From Ylistrum balloti (taxonomy: Eukaryota), in assembly GCF_031769215.1 (NCBI RefSeq), contig NW_026782315.1, positions 372,001 to 436,000 of the forward strand: a stretch of 64,000 bases of DNA. The letters are read 5' to 3'. This document shows, piece by piece, positions 50,247 to 63,295 of this stretch. The stretch's first letter is position 1. Each line of letters opens with the position of its first letter. A program made the translations under genes and the position numbers. The notes beneath the pieces were generated by a model that did no database searches, was not told the origin of the DNA, and saw only the letters and a list, made by a program, of their open reading frames with translations.

Positions 50247-51248
50247 AAGGGAAATAGAAATTGAGAATGGTGTCGAAACCGATGGGAAAGTTTGTTAAAC
50301 CTAATCAGTTTCTTTAGACACCAATCACTGAACGTAGAAATTTAAAAACTCACTGTGTCATGTGCGTGCATGTTCATCAGTCTTGCATTTGATGCAGTAG
50401 ATGTCGGTGTTCAATATTGATGACTGTCCTGTCGGGAGATATAAAGACATCCTGTGTCTATGATCCTGTGGTAACCCATTAGTGAAGGCCAGAGGTAACT
50501 GACATAGGGGCAGTAACACATTGGATGTTATCTTCTGATATTGTGTTGTGTACTTGGCAGTGCCAGCCATACATTTCAACCCCTTGTATATATATGATGT
50601 CAGCCAGGCATGACTGGAAGATGTGTACAACTGGCTAGCAAAAAGATATGATTGGAACTAAAAATATCACTGAAGGCTGCATACACAGCATCACCATCCA
50701 TCTTAGTCCCAGAGAAAACACGTGTATAGGGTTCCCTCACTGTAAGACTGAAACATATGTGTGATATATTTCTTTAGTATACATCTCTCCTGATAGACAA
50801 AAAATATCTTCAGAGTGAAGGCAACATAGGAGAGTTGTATTGGGTATTGTTGGTAGTTTGGATGTTGACCGGAGGTGATAGGGCAGAGAAGTGATCTCCA
50901 CCGGGAACATCACATATAAACTGACATTTCTCTGGCTCAGATGATAATGCTTCCAATAGGTGGAAGACTGCATCTTACAGAGGGGAAAAAATTTTCATTG
51001 ATTAATTGATTCCTGTATGTATAACAGGAATAGAATCGGCATAGATCCTGTTCACAGGGCAGGGAACTGTTTAGGCAGTAACTCTTACTGTAAAATTGTC
51101 ACTTTAGTTGGGAATACTAAAACAATCAGGAGCTGGCTAAGTACTGTACCATGAAAGTGCTCAGGAGCTTGTTTGAGCGCAATGTGCTTTGTCTGCGGAG
51201 GGGGCGCCTCATGAATGACATTGATGATGTTCTTGTGTCTGTCCCCAG

Positions 51249-51352
51249 ATCCGATCCCCAGAGTCGGCCAGACCCGGAGTACGAGGAAGAGGAAGAAGAG
51301 ATTTTGGGGTCCGATGATGATGAACAGGAGGACCCAGCTGATTACACAAAGG
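51249..51352 (+). CDS. SRPK: SRSF protein kinase, coding exon 3 (SDPQSRPDPEYEEEEEEILGSDDDEQEDPADYTKG)
   Basis: EEEILGSDDDEQEDPADYxKG is the SRPK signature. Acceptor gtgtctgtccccag (phase 2), donor AAGG|gtgagt (phase 1). Confidence 0.97.
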
Positions 51353-52161
51353 GTGAGTTCATTATAGGTAGAATGTAGATGTAGCAGGTAGTAATTCTGC
51401 TTCAGGAATTCCACATGTATACTTCTGTCTCACAGACAGCTCCAGACACTATCTTTGTAACTATATAGATTCTGTGTTTGGTATATCAATGATATCTTCA
51501 AAGACAAATGAATTTGCCTTGTAGTGTACATACCTCGTAGTGTACATGCATTTCTTGATGAAACATCTAATATCAGTTGGCCCTTTATGAATTGTTTTGC
51601 TATGTAGGTGTGGTCTTGCCTAAAACATTGACAGAATTTGGCGATTTCTTTTTATAAAACTATACAAATATCAATCAAATGATCATGAAAACAATTTTAA
51701 TTTTGTTGATGGGGGGGAAAAAAATTGAAACCTTTCTCTAGCTTTTAGATTCACCTTCTCTTGAAAAAGTCAATATATCTATTATGGATTCATTATTAAT
51801 GATTCATAGAATTCTGTTATTAAAAAGTCATAGTCTGCCTCTAAATTTACACTTGAAAATCTCTTGTGACACCAGATGTAAAAAAAGTATTGATTGGTTA
51901 GAATTTGCAGCTATCACATGTACCATAAATGTTTAGATGTATAACTTCTGAAGGAAGCCTGTAATTATGCCTTGTTAGCTGAGAGCAATAAGTGAGCAAT
52001 CTGTGGTTGTTTTTGTAGTGAATTAACAGAGAACACTGATACTTGAACTTGTGTATAGAAATTTACTTTGTATTAGGAGTATAAAGTACAATAATGCCGC
52101 CAAGTTCTAGTATTAATACACGATCAAGTACAATTGTACCATATAAATAAGTGTAAGGTAT

Positions 52162-53040
52162 TTACACCCACAGAAACACCATCAACGTACATAGGATCAG
52201 TAGTGTATCAGCTACATCACAATACAGAATAGTTACACCCACAGAAACACCATCAACGTACATAGAATCAGTAGTGTATCAGCTACATCACAATACAGAA
52301 TAGTTACACCCACAGAAACACCATCAACGTACATAGGATCAGTAGTGTATCAGCTACATCACAATACAGAATAGTTACACCCACAGAAACACCATCAACG
52401 TACATAGGATCAGTAGTGTATCAGCTACATCACAATACAGAATAGTTACACCCACAGAAACACCGCCACAATACAGGATAGTTACACCCACAGAAACATT
52501 GTCACAATACAGGATAGTTACACCCACAGAAACACCATCACAATACAGGATAGTTACACCCACAGAAACACCATCACAATACAGGATAGTTACACCCACA
52601 GAAACACCATTACAATACAGGATAGTTACACCCACAGAAATACCATCACAATACAGGATAGTTACACCCACAGAATCACCCTCACAATACAGGATAGTTA
52701 CACCCACAGAATCACCCTCACAATACAGGATAGTTACACCCACAGAAACACCATTACAATACAGGATAGTTACACCCACAGAATCACCCTCACAATACAG
52801 GATAGTTACACCCACAGAAACACCATTACAATACAGGATAGTTACACCCACAGAATCACCCTCACAATACAGGATAGTTACACCCACAGAAACACCCTCA
52901 CAATACAGGATAGTTACACCCACAGAATCACCCTCACAATACAGGATAGTTACACCCACAGAAACACCATTACAATACAGGATAGTTACACCCACAGAAT
53001 CACCCTCACAATACAGGATAGTTACACCCACAGAAACACC
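52162..53040. repeat. Compound minisatellite: four 71-bp units followed by about 16 related 36-bp units
   Basis: TTACACCC period is 71 from 52162 and 36 from about 52446. Confidence 0.95.
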
Positions 53041-53499
53041 ATGAATGTACACAGGATGAAGTATTCTGTACTATTTATATATGGTATAGTTATATATTAA
53101 ATGTTGAAAGAGTTACAATATAGAGTATATCATTTGGTGAAGAGTGTTGATGTACCTAAGGGTTAGAGTACAATACGTTTACATCATGTACTAACACAAA
53201 AGTCCAAGCTAAAAACATCTCCCAGGCCCCTGAATTGAATAAGGTTAACTCAATAATAATGACAAAATCAATAATCTTTGCTATATTTGTCATGAATTTT
53301 TTATTGTTAACATTTTAAAATGTTTTATCTATCTACATATTTTTAGTCCATTTTTGTAATCATTTCCAGTGCTTCCTTTATGTGATGAAAGGAATTATAC
53401 TCTTTCTGCATTGCATTGCTGTAGTGTAAAAATGTCATGAAAATGTGTCCTAAATTTGCTTGTTACTTTAGTAGTCATGAATGAAAGGAAGTAAAACTC

Positions 53500-53670
53500 A
53501 CTGTCTTAATCACTATAGCCCTTCACTTCTGGGCTTGGAGTCAAGACCTACTTGGGGTAGTTACTAGGTACTACAGGTTGATGGTTATTCTCTGATCTTG
53601 GCTTTCTTCTACCACCAAAACCTGGCTTGTCCTTCAATGACCCTTGCTGTTAATGGGATGTACAAAGCAA
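53500..53670 (+). mobile_element. tRNA-derived bivalve SINE (5' decayed)
   Basis: CTATAGCCCTTCACTTCTGGG...CCAAAACCTGGCTTGTCCTTCAATGACCCTTGCTGTTAATGGGATGT resembles, from memory, the core and tail of a common pectinid/bivalve SINE. Confidence 0.65.
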
Positions 53671-56600
53671 CATTAAAATCTGTATTTACTGTTATATGCT
53701 GATTTCTTTATTAAAAAGTTTTAAATGTACAAAAATTGAATGATTCTGCAAAAGATTCCTTTGTATCATCTGTTTGACATGAAAGGACATGTAAAGTCTG
53801 CCAATTTCATTGATATACATGATGAAACAATACATCGCTAGATTTTCTATATAGACACCTGATCATGAACTTGTCTGATACTAGAACATGTATTGGTATA
53901 GTATTGGCTAATATCAATTTGATACATTGTGATTATTTCCATGGCAATTAACCAACATTTGGTATGCCAGGTAATTTCCTGTCAGTAAAACAGGGGACTT
54001 TGTAAGACTGGCTGAAGTGGTCCGTTACATGACAATATGTATTGTTAGTATTTTTAGTGGCCATCATATTTCCGGTAGATAACATTATTGGGGACTAATT
54101 CTGGCCAGCCCTATAGCTATTAAAGGACATCCTATTGTGTTGTTTGATACTGAACGGATTTCCACCTTATTATTTCCAATGAAAACAACCAGAGAATCTC
54201 TATTTCATCCAGAGCTTAGCCATTACAGGCATTCTTTAATTGTGTTTGCCTGAGGTTGGATTATTAGGTGTTCATTCCATTTGCTTTGATGTCATTATAG
54301 GTTTGACCAGCACCTCCTCTCTCCCACCCTCTTCTATCCCTCTATCACAACAATATATGATCCAGCAGTTCATTCTTGCCTTAAACAATGTACCATGCCT
54401 CATTTCAATACTTGTATTATTGAATACATATCATAAGTTGTATTGCCCCGTGGACTTTGTAAGGTCTAGCTTGTAGTTCAAGGTGAGATTCGAGACCTTC
54501 ACCTTACTTGATGTTATAATAAAGAAAAATAGTAACGTATGCCAAGGAATGATGTACAAAGAATTCCTTAGATTTATTTAATTTATATGGGTTTAATTAA
54601 AGTTTTCTTTGATACTAGTACGTATGTGAGAATACTTCAGTAATTTTATTTTATTTTTCTCTCTTTCTCTCTCATAGATATTAAATAACTATATCATGAA
54701 GTGTCTGTAAATGGGTGCATGCATCAGGTATTGAATACATTCTTCTTACACTCTATATCAATATTTATCAGGCAGCAATACTCATTTCTATATCAGGATG
54801 TATCTGGGCGGTGTAGTTCTCATTAAATAGATGTAGAGATGAGTTCTATATGGAGAATGGAAAATTATATCAATATTTTAGTGCTTGTTGGTTTATATTG
54901 ATAAGAAGAGTGTTATGGATTTGTCTGAAGTTTAGAATATGCTTGGCAATTGAATGACTTGACCTACAGCATAGCGTTTGGGTTTGAGAATGCGAAGATG
55001 TTTACATGGCAAAACAGGGTTATCAAGCCACCACGGGAAAAAATGAAGATGTTGAAAAAATGGTAGCATTTTCACGGTTGGATAAAGGAAAGATAAACAG
55101 TGACATTTTACATACAACAAATTTGATTAACTGTAGAAGTAAATTCTTGGAGAAAAGGGGAGTTCCAATAAAGACAAATCATCAAAATTATCAGCTACAC
55201 CCATTTGAAATGAAAGCTGCGTCAAGACTTAAAGTTGATTTAAACTTTTCCACTGAGTGTCGGAATAAATCAATAATCTTGTGGCAAATGGTAAGAATTT
55301 TAAGTAGAAATAAGACACATTCATAGATTTTCTTGTCTCATTAAATCTTTTAGGAGATCTTTTACCTGGAAATCGCAGCCCCCTGAACAAATTAGAATTT
55401 AAGTGATGTATGATGGGCAATATCAAGAGATTTAATCATGAATTTACTCTGATCGGTTTAGGAACCCCATAATTTGCAGAATAGTTCAAAATGGAATTGG
55501 CAAAACCAGAAGAATGATTTATGGTGTGTACTTGTTGGGGTAAGCCGGATGATGAGTTTGACTTTGTTGAACCTTGAATGAATTACATTCGACTTGCCTG
55601 TGATGAAGTAAAGGAAATATTGGTCTGCTGGGACTTTAGTTTCCGACTTGATAATCTTCACAAAATGTTTGTGTGAACAGTTTATGTAATGAATATCTGT
55701 ACAACTTTGAAATTGAAAGCTCCCTACTGGTGAGATTTTAATCGATTGCATGAAGTTCTGAAATAAAAATCATATCTATTCAAAATCAAAAGTAGTTTTA
55801 AAATGTGTGCTTATGTAATGTTAAGTTAAGGTAGCAGTAACTTACAGGGTAATGTATGGGCATTCCAGTGGACATTAAAGCAAGGGCTGTTTTGAGTGAA
55901 ATTTCTCAATTTAAGATCTCTCTAAAGATAAGCCAGAATTAATTGAATTCTTAGATGTAACAACAATTTTCAGGAAATTTTGAAATAAGGATTGATGCAA
56001 CCATTTAGTCCATTTCAAATATATTTTTTTTTGTCTGGTAGAAATTTTATGTGAGCTTGACCAAGCAAGTGATGATGCATAAATATATGATAAAAAGTAG
56101 AAAAACACACCTCTGTTTTGGTTTGTGTTAACCCAACAAATGTCTATTCCAAAGGGTGATAATCTGATACCTTCCTCCCCCATTTCGTTTTCTCAGGCAG
56201 TTTATCAACATGCAGTTTTCTGCAGCACCTCTCAGTAAAGGTATAGTGTTAGGACTTGCAGGGACATCATGGGCAGATCATGTGTCATGGTATTGATTAG
56301 AATAGTGTTTTAATTTAAATACCTACTTTATCCAGCAGGGATTTCAGACTTGGTTATAAAAGGTAATCAAGAAAACACATTTCATCAAAAACCGGAATGC
56401 AAGCATACACTGTTGTTTCTACCTCAGACCTTGACATCTGGTACTATGAGGTCTCTTGGGCCTTAAACCAAAGGTTCATGAAGAGAAATCATATAAATTG
56501 GTATAACAAATATGCTGCTATGACCAACAAGTGTGTTGCTACCAAAATGGAGTTGCTTCAAACTGATATTTTCATAAGGCTCAATTTTTGTGGATTTAAA

Positions 56601-58157
56601 AAAAAAAAGAATTATTTAGTAGACACCTGAAATCTGCTTATAGTAATTTTAATATTTTGTGGACATATGAATTCATTGATTTAGAGTATCTGTGAAACAT
56701 ATGGGAGAAAAAAACAATGAGAATACATACTAAAGGATAAACAAGGACTATTATACTTTTTCCCATAAGGGTTTTGAGTGGCAATTAGCACAGTAAGCTA
56801 AGGTTATATTGAAAGTCAGTCTATATAAAGTGTATCATTTTAGAGACCTACTAACATATAGAAAACTAAGCTTCAGGAATATAAGGAAATGTTTTCATTA
56901 TTTCTATTCCTAAGACTGGGAATTAACAGTTTTATAGTTGGTGTTCCTTTATATGATGTAAAGGCAGTACAAAGTTGATAATAGGCTGTTTTTTTGTCAG
57001 CTACCAGCTTTCAATGGAATAAAACAGTCCCATCAGTGATAAATCTACAGGCAAGTCCCGAGTTCTGTACTCATAGAATTTCCTGGGATTCATAGAATTT
57101 CTATACTTTAATTTTACATCCATCGAACCGATTGTTTTTAGCAAGAAATGTGAAAAAATCCACAAGAAAATACATTGTAGATTGATCACTGAGTCCATTA
57201 TTGGAAAGTCCAAACCTCCGATAGGTCATTAGAATGGAGGTATTGCCTTCAGATAAAAGAAGACCTAATATACTGACCACTATAATGATATGGTCTTTTA
57301 ATGAAGGTATAATTAGCCTGGCTAATAATAAGCAAGGTCACAGATAGGTTTTATCACTTGTGAATGGACACTGACAAGAAATGACCCTTGTTTGTCCTTA
57401 CCATTCAGTCCATAAATCTGTCAAACTGGACAGGACAAGATCCAGTTGTTTATACCTGTACAGGTGAAAGTGTGTTATGGTGCATTGTGATGTGATAAGT
57501 GGAATACATATCTATGTATATATATATATATCTCCAAACACTGTAATGACAAAATCATGCTGAAGGTTGCAAGGTTCAGTTATATACAGGAAATTTGGAC
57601 CTCTTATGAATTGGCTCTTGATTTGTGGCTGGTGTGGAACAGTGTTATATCTGCAGTAAATTGCTGTTGAATTGTGGAAAAAGAAATCTTAATCTATAGA
57701 TTAAGGCATCTGTGATCTGGATATATTGTAGTGCTTTCATATCACAGGAATGAACAATTCATTTGATTTACAGAAGAACAGATTGTGTGGAGTTAGCCCC
57801 AACATTCAAGGGGAAATTATCTCCAAACCACAGGCTTGAAACTTAAATGGTGCCTTAGATGACTTCTAGTTTTGTTGAAAATGTAAATCATCGGAGTATT
57901 GAATGACAGAGTTACAGATCTGGTGTGTATCTGATAATATCAACTTTTTAATGAAATGGTATAATTCTTTGTAATAGCAATTTGTTTTGTTCTTATTTTG
58001 AGACATATCAATAAAAAGTAGGAGTGCTTTCACATTTACTTCTTGTATAAGTAAATTCAGTGACAGTCCAGAAGTATGGAATTCTTGAATGGACAGTTTA
58101 CATGAAAGGTTTCCTCATAATTTTGACATGCTTTCCCACTAAACAAAAGTTTTAACC

Positions 58158-59418
58158 ATGGAGAATTACAGGAAATCTGTTAACCATGATTCGTACACTG
58201 ACTACCGCATGCATGTGTATGGTGTAACCCCATTGTACCCAGTCAGCGGATCTTATGCTCCAGTGATGGTCAAGAATCCTGGCCCCAAAATGGAGCCAAA
58301 AAATTCATCTGGCAATAGACAGTGCACACTGGAGAATTCTTCAGCCTGCAAAGCATACTTACAACCCAGACTATACAATATGGAGACTATAACTATCATT
58401 AGACCAGGACAGAGGGAGCAACATAAAGCTGATACCATACATCATCACTGTCACAGACCAAGAGCTTTATATAAAGGTGAAACACAATATCCCCATAAGA
58501 CTGCAGAGCTACAGTGCAAGGAAAACCATAACAAAACATCTACCAAAGTCCATGATGTAGCATCAGCCCAAGTAACAGAGCATGTTGAAAGATGGAAAGA
58601 CGGAATGGTTTCCCAAAGGAATGGAAAGCTGAAACCCCAGAGGTCATTTAAACCTTTCGATGTCATCAGTAACTTTATCAGCAAGACCAGAAAACACCGA
58701 ACAAAAGAATGTAAAAACAGTCAGAAAAATGGTTGTAAGAGGAATGTTCAAGATAGGAATCATGGAATTTTTCATAGCACTGATGGTGGACGTTCGTCCC
58801 ATCCCATGGTTGACAGGGATACCATTGCTGAGATCTTTAAGCATTGTAAAGTAAAAACTGGACAACTGCAATGTAGTCAAAGTAACCAAAACAAAGTATC
58901 CACACAAACTGAATACAATATTGATGTGAAAGATGGCCAAATTTGTTTTAAAAACGCCAGGGAGGATATAGCTGGTCAGTCTAGGTTGTTGACGTCCCAA
59001 GGATTGAGTAACCCTTGGCAGGCTGCAAGGATCCCCAGTGGTCAGCTACAGGAGACCGTGAGGTACAAGAACCATGTTTCTCGATACTTTCAGAAAGCAT
59101 CTTCTCGTGTTAGGTCAAAGGACATAAAGCTTGAGAACCTATGGAGCATGCATTCTGCTGATCAAGATTACTGGACCTACTCCGACGTTCAAAAAGAAAA
59201 ATTACAGAACTCATTTAATCAGGAGAATATTGTGCAGAAAGGGCATATTTCAGATCACCGTCTGACTTTGTGTAGAGTAGAATCTTCCCAGAGGCTGAAT
59301 TTGAGTGAACGATTGCATGAACTGCCTATTCAGAAAAACTATGTGATGAACAAATTCTTGTGTGATGTCCATCACATCAACAGTAAAAAGGGTCAGTTGT
59401 CTGGTGTCCAAGGACAAG
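58158..59418 (+). CDS. Large candidate alternative first (or cassette) coding exon of SRPK, about 420 codons of K/Q/S/N/H-rich sequence with no recognised domain; alternatively a 437-aa single-exon nested gene (58158-59471)
   Basis: 1314-nt uninterrupted ORF in AT-rich intron DNA, Kozak ACCATGG, and donor CAAG|gtaaga at 59419 in phase 1, which matches the acceptor of the kinase exon at 63186. Confidence 0.7.
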
Positions 59419-62400
59419 GTAAGACTCATGACATTGTTGACCCTTTCTGTTACTTCATCCTTGGAACATGATTCTCGGGCACTATTCCAAATTGTCATCA
59501 CTGTCTGGAAGGATTTGTTGGCAAGAAGTTGGACCTTTAATTGAAAATGTTGATAAAGATTTACTTTTCCTGAACTCTGCTTGTCTAAATGACATGATCA
59601 TGTGGAAAGTAAATTTTCAGTATACTGACTTAATGTTACTGTTTTTAGAAATATAGCAGGCCAATGTTCTGTTTCTGAAATAGAGCTCTGTATTATATGA
59701 TACATATCTTGCATTGATGTTTTTCTTACATTAAACATAATGGCAGAAATGACAAAAAAGTATGTTTTTATAAATCCTATGTTTGGGCATTTGAATGGTA
59801 ATATAAAGATGAAAAGTGAGATGGACTTAACAAAGAAAGGACTTATCAGTAAGAGTCTTTCCCTGAAAATGTACAAAATAACTGGAACTCTATTTGAATT
59901 GAAGAAAGCCCAATCCTTCTTGAAAAATCCTGCAAGATAACAATAAGTTATGTTTCACAAGCAAATGAAACATGAAATACAAAATTTCATAGTTCTGTTA
60001 TGTTTTTGATCCCTGATTTTGCTAACAAACAGATGATTGAACAGCATTGTGACAGCTTTGATCAAGAATAACTTCATCATCACTAAAGCCAGTGATGCCC
60101 AATCAGCTATTGGACAGTCTCAAAAGAAATTTGGTTGTTCTGAATGAGTAGTTTGGGAAGTTGGACTTGAAATAACTCCAAACATTGGAAATAGTTAAGT
60201 CTGATTACATACTTACAGAATCTATTACTGGTGTTTGACCGAATTATTTGCTGGTAGCTAGCAGCCCAATTGGGTATTAGTCAGATTGATTCTTCTGTAC
60301 AGACAAGTGTAGCCAGAGGTTGGCAGCCTGACCCTGCTCATTTGTTGTTTGCCTATCCAATAATAAGATAAGTTGTTGGTCAAGCTGATTTCTGGCCAGA
60401 ATTGAGGTCAGAAGAATTGGTGTGGTCATCCATAATCCTGGACTCTACGTTCACTCAACATTAATGAATTTTCTCTGCCATGACAGAGCAATGGTCAGTT
60501 TAACGTGACAGTAACCATCAATTCTGGTAATGGGCAGTGCTTCATTGTTTATGTGTACTCCAATACTAGCTCCAGTGTTTTGTTTATATTTGTTGCAAGA
60601 AGGGAATCTCCAGGGAATGCTCATGTAAAAAATTTGGGGATAATGATTTTTCTGTTTGAAATTTTATAGCACAACTTAGCTTCTGTTATCAAATCAGTGG
60701 TGCAGTTATAACATATGATATGGATTCCGTTTGAAAATGATAACTCAAAAATTTTGATCAATAAAGTAGGATCATTGAAAAAAAACTGATGGCCAGTGAT
60801 GGGAGTATTATTTTGTGTTGTACTGAATACTGATGCCTGCTGTGTAGATGCTGAAACTCAATGTCTTCCCAAAAACATAAATGTTGCCTTCATTTTAATT
60901 TGATGGACAATAGATTAAAAATTTCAAGTTGTCCAACTGCATAGGCAAAACAAGTTAAGGTGTTATTCAATTGAACAATAATGACAGGTACAGAAAAACA
61001 GGACCAATGTGTGGAACATGTTGGAGATTGTCTGTCCTAGCTGTACATCTCCACATTTAGAACTCTACCAGAGTAATACTATAGTTGTGCATTGTGTCTG
61101 TTGATCCTTCTATCCTTCTATCCATCTTTTCACTATTTTGTCCAGGCTCTATCTCCTACACTACTTGTCACTGGAATTTTATGATTCACCTTGGTGAGGC
61201 AATGTGTCATGTATCATAAGTAAGCCACATTTACCTCTGTCAAATCGAAAGATTTGTTTTAAATATAACGTCACATTTCGTGAATTATCTTGTTTCTTGT
61301 GAAATTGACACAAACACATATTTCAGAAAATATTTTTTTGTTAACCACAGGAGATTAAGAAATATGAAGAAAAGTATAAATTAATATTTGACCTATGAGA
61401 CCACATTTTGAGCTCTGCTTTCATAACCATTTTCATATCAGGTTCATTTGTGTGTACTGCAGAATATTTCAACTGGGCTACACAAAAGCAATGAGTAGGC
61501 TGCTTGTTTAAACATCTTCATGCAAAGACGAAGTTTGTTATAAAACATTGTTTCCCCTGCTGTTCACCTCAAGTGCTCTAAAATCCTTTAACTATCAGGA
61601 CAGTTCTGCTGAATCAACATTATTTTACTGATGTCTTCACTTTTCCTGAAGAATTCTGTCTGCCATTGATTTTACTGTTGTCTTCAGAAATATCCTAGAC
61701 AGTGCTTACACATTGAAGCATTGTTTTATAGCTATACATGATTATTCCTTGTCTGTGACTACCTATTACATATCTTTAGATACAGATTTTCTCTATTTGA
61801 CAAGACTGGAATTATATCACTGAATCTGATGGAAATTTTGCATGATTCCATCTATCAGTGAATTTAAATCTAAACACAAAAATATTTGAATTTGAATTTT
61901 ATCAAAACAATAATGATATAAACAATAATAATATGAATCTCACAGTTTTTTTTATGTGATCTAATCGTAATTTTGTAATGACAATGAGATCAGTATATCT
62001 GTATTGTTTCATTATACAAGTACCAGCACAACAACGAGAAGTAAAGACAGTTTTGAATTTTACTGGAAAGTCAATTGATTCAAAGAAGAATTATTGGAGT
62101 GTGGTTCATTCATTAACTGTTAGGACCTGTTGAGAAAGTGATTAGGTATTACTCCTACTCCATACTAACTCTGACATTTAGATGTTAATGCAGCTATATG
62201 GCACAAATGGGACACTCGATTATTCCCACATCTGATTAACCAAATGGTTATAATAGGACCCATTTCACAATTCACCACATGTTAGATCTTAGGCAGAAAC
62301 TCTTACATTCTTATGGACTGACAAAAGTCTGTATTGACAGTTGTTGGGTCAGATTTCATGAAATTAGATTTTGAATTTAAATCATAATAAATATTACCAT

Positions 62401-63154
62401 TCCCATATAAAATGGTCATGATGTCCAAGTGAGTAGGAATGGGCTTATGAGCAAATCTGCCCTGTTTATTCTGAAATTCAGACTCAAGTCGGGTATGGGC
62501 TTATTTCAGAACTTAATTTAGATTTAGTTTATTATCAAACATGAACTTACGGCTTAGGTATTTGATCAAACTGTTGGGATATCCGATTCACCTATCAAAG
62601 AACAAAGCATGTTTTGTATCACTGGTTAGAGTTAATGCATTTTAGCCTTTGGGGAAAGATACTCACTTAACTCAATAGAAGTTTAAGCAGTCATGTCAGC
62701 TGCTGGAACCTTTCCCAAGGTCGAGAGAATCATATTCTGAAAATAAGATTACATAATCCCAGCATATAACGATTAATTTTTATGAAAGTCGTTTCCAATA
62801 TCATTAGCATTAATAGATACATTGTGATATACAGATGCAACACAAATTAACAGAACAAAACAGATTTGTCCAATATTAATTCAGAGTGTTCATGACTTAA
62901 TTATGAAATCATATTAAAATATAGATGTAATTGCTTGGATGATTTTAGAGCAGAATTTTCACTGGTTACTTCCATTTATGACTTATTCTGACTAATCTTA
63001 GTTAAGTCATTGGACTGTTTCATTTCTCTGTTGGATTTTGAAGCTGTTTTAGCGAAACAAAACATGCATTTGCACATGCACAAAAAAATTTTCTATGCAT
63101 TAAATTGTTTGAATGCAATACTTGTAAGAAGAATAGAAGAAAAAAAATTGTTAA

Positions 63155-63295
<141 letters not shown>

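Noticed and set aside
52375-53052. 225-aa and 181-aa repeat ORFs (GVSVGVTILYC / SQYRIVTPTETP) as a mucin-like SRPK exon
   Set aside because: They are confined to the 36-bp array, the start codons arise from repeat variants, and no bounding splice sites are in phase.
54930-55760. Cluster of short ORFs and a protein-like broken frame (CWGKPDDEFDFVEP*MNYIRLACDEVKEILVCWDF)
   Set aside because: Possibly a decayed transposase, but no motif could be assigned; too weak to call.
59740-59940. 66-aa ORF just downstream of the giant ORF as its continuation
   Set aside because: It is in a different frame, separated by stops, and has no suitable splice sites or recognisable homology.
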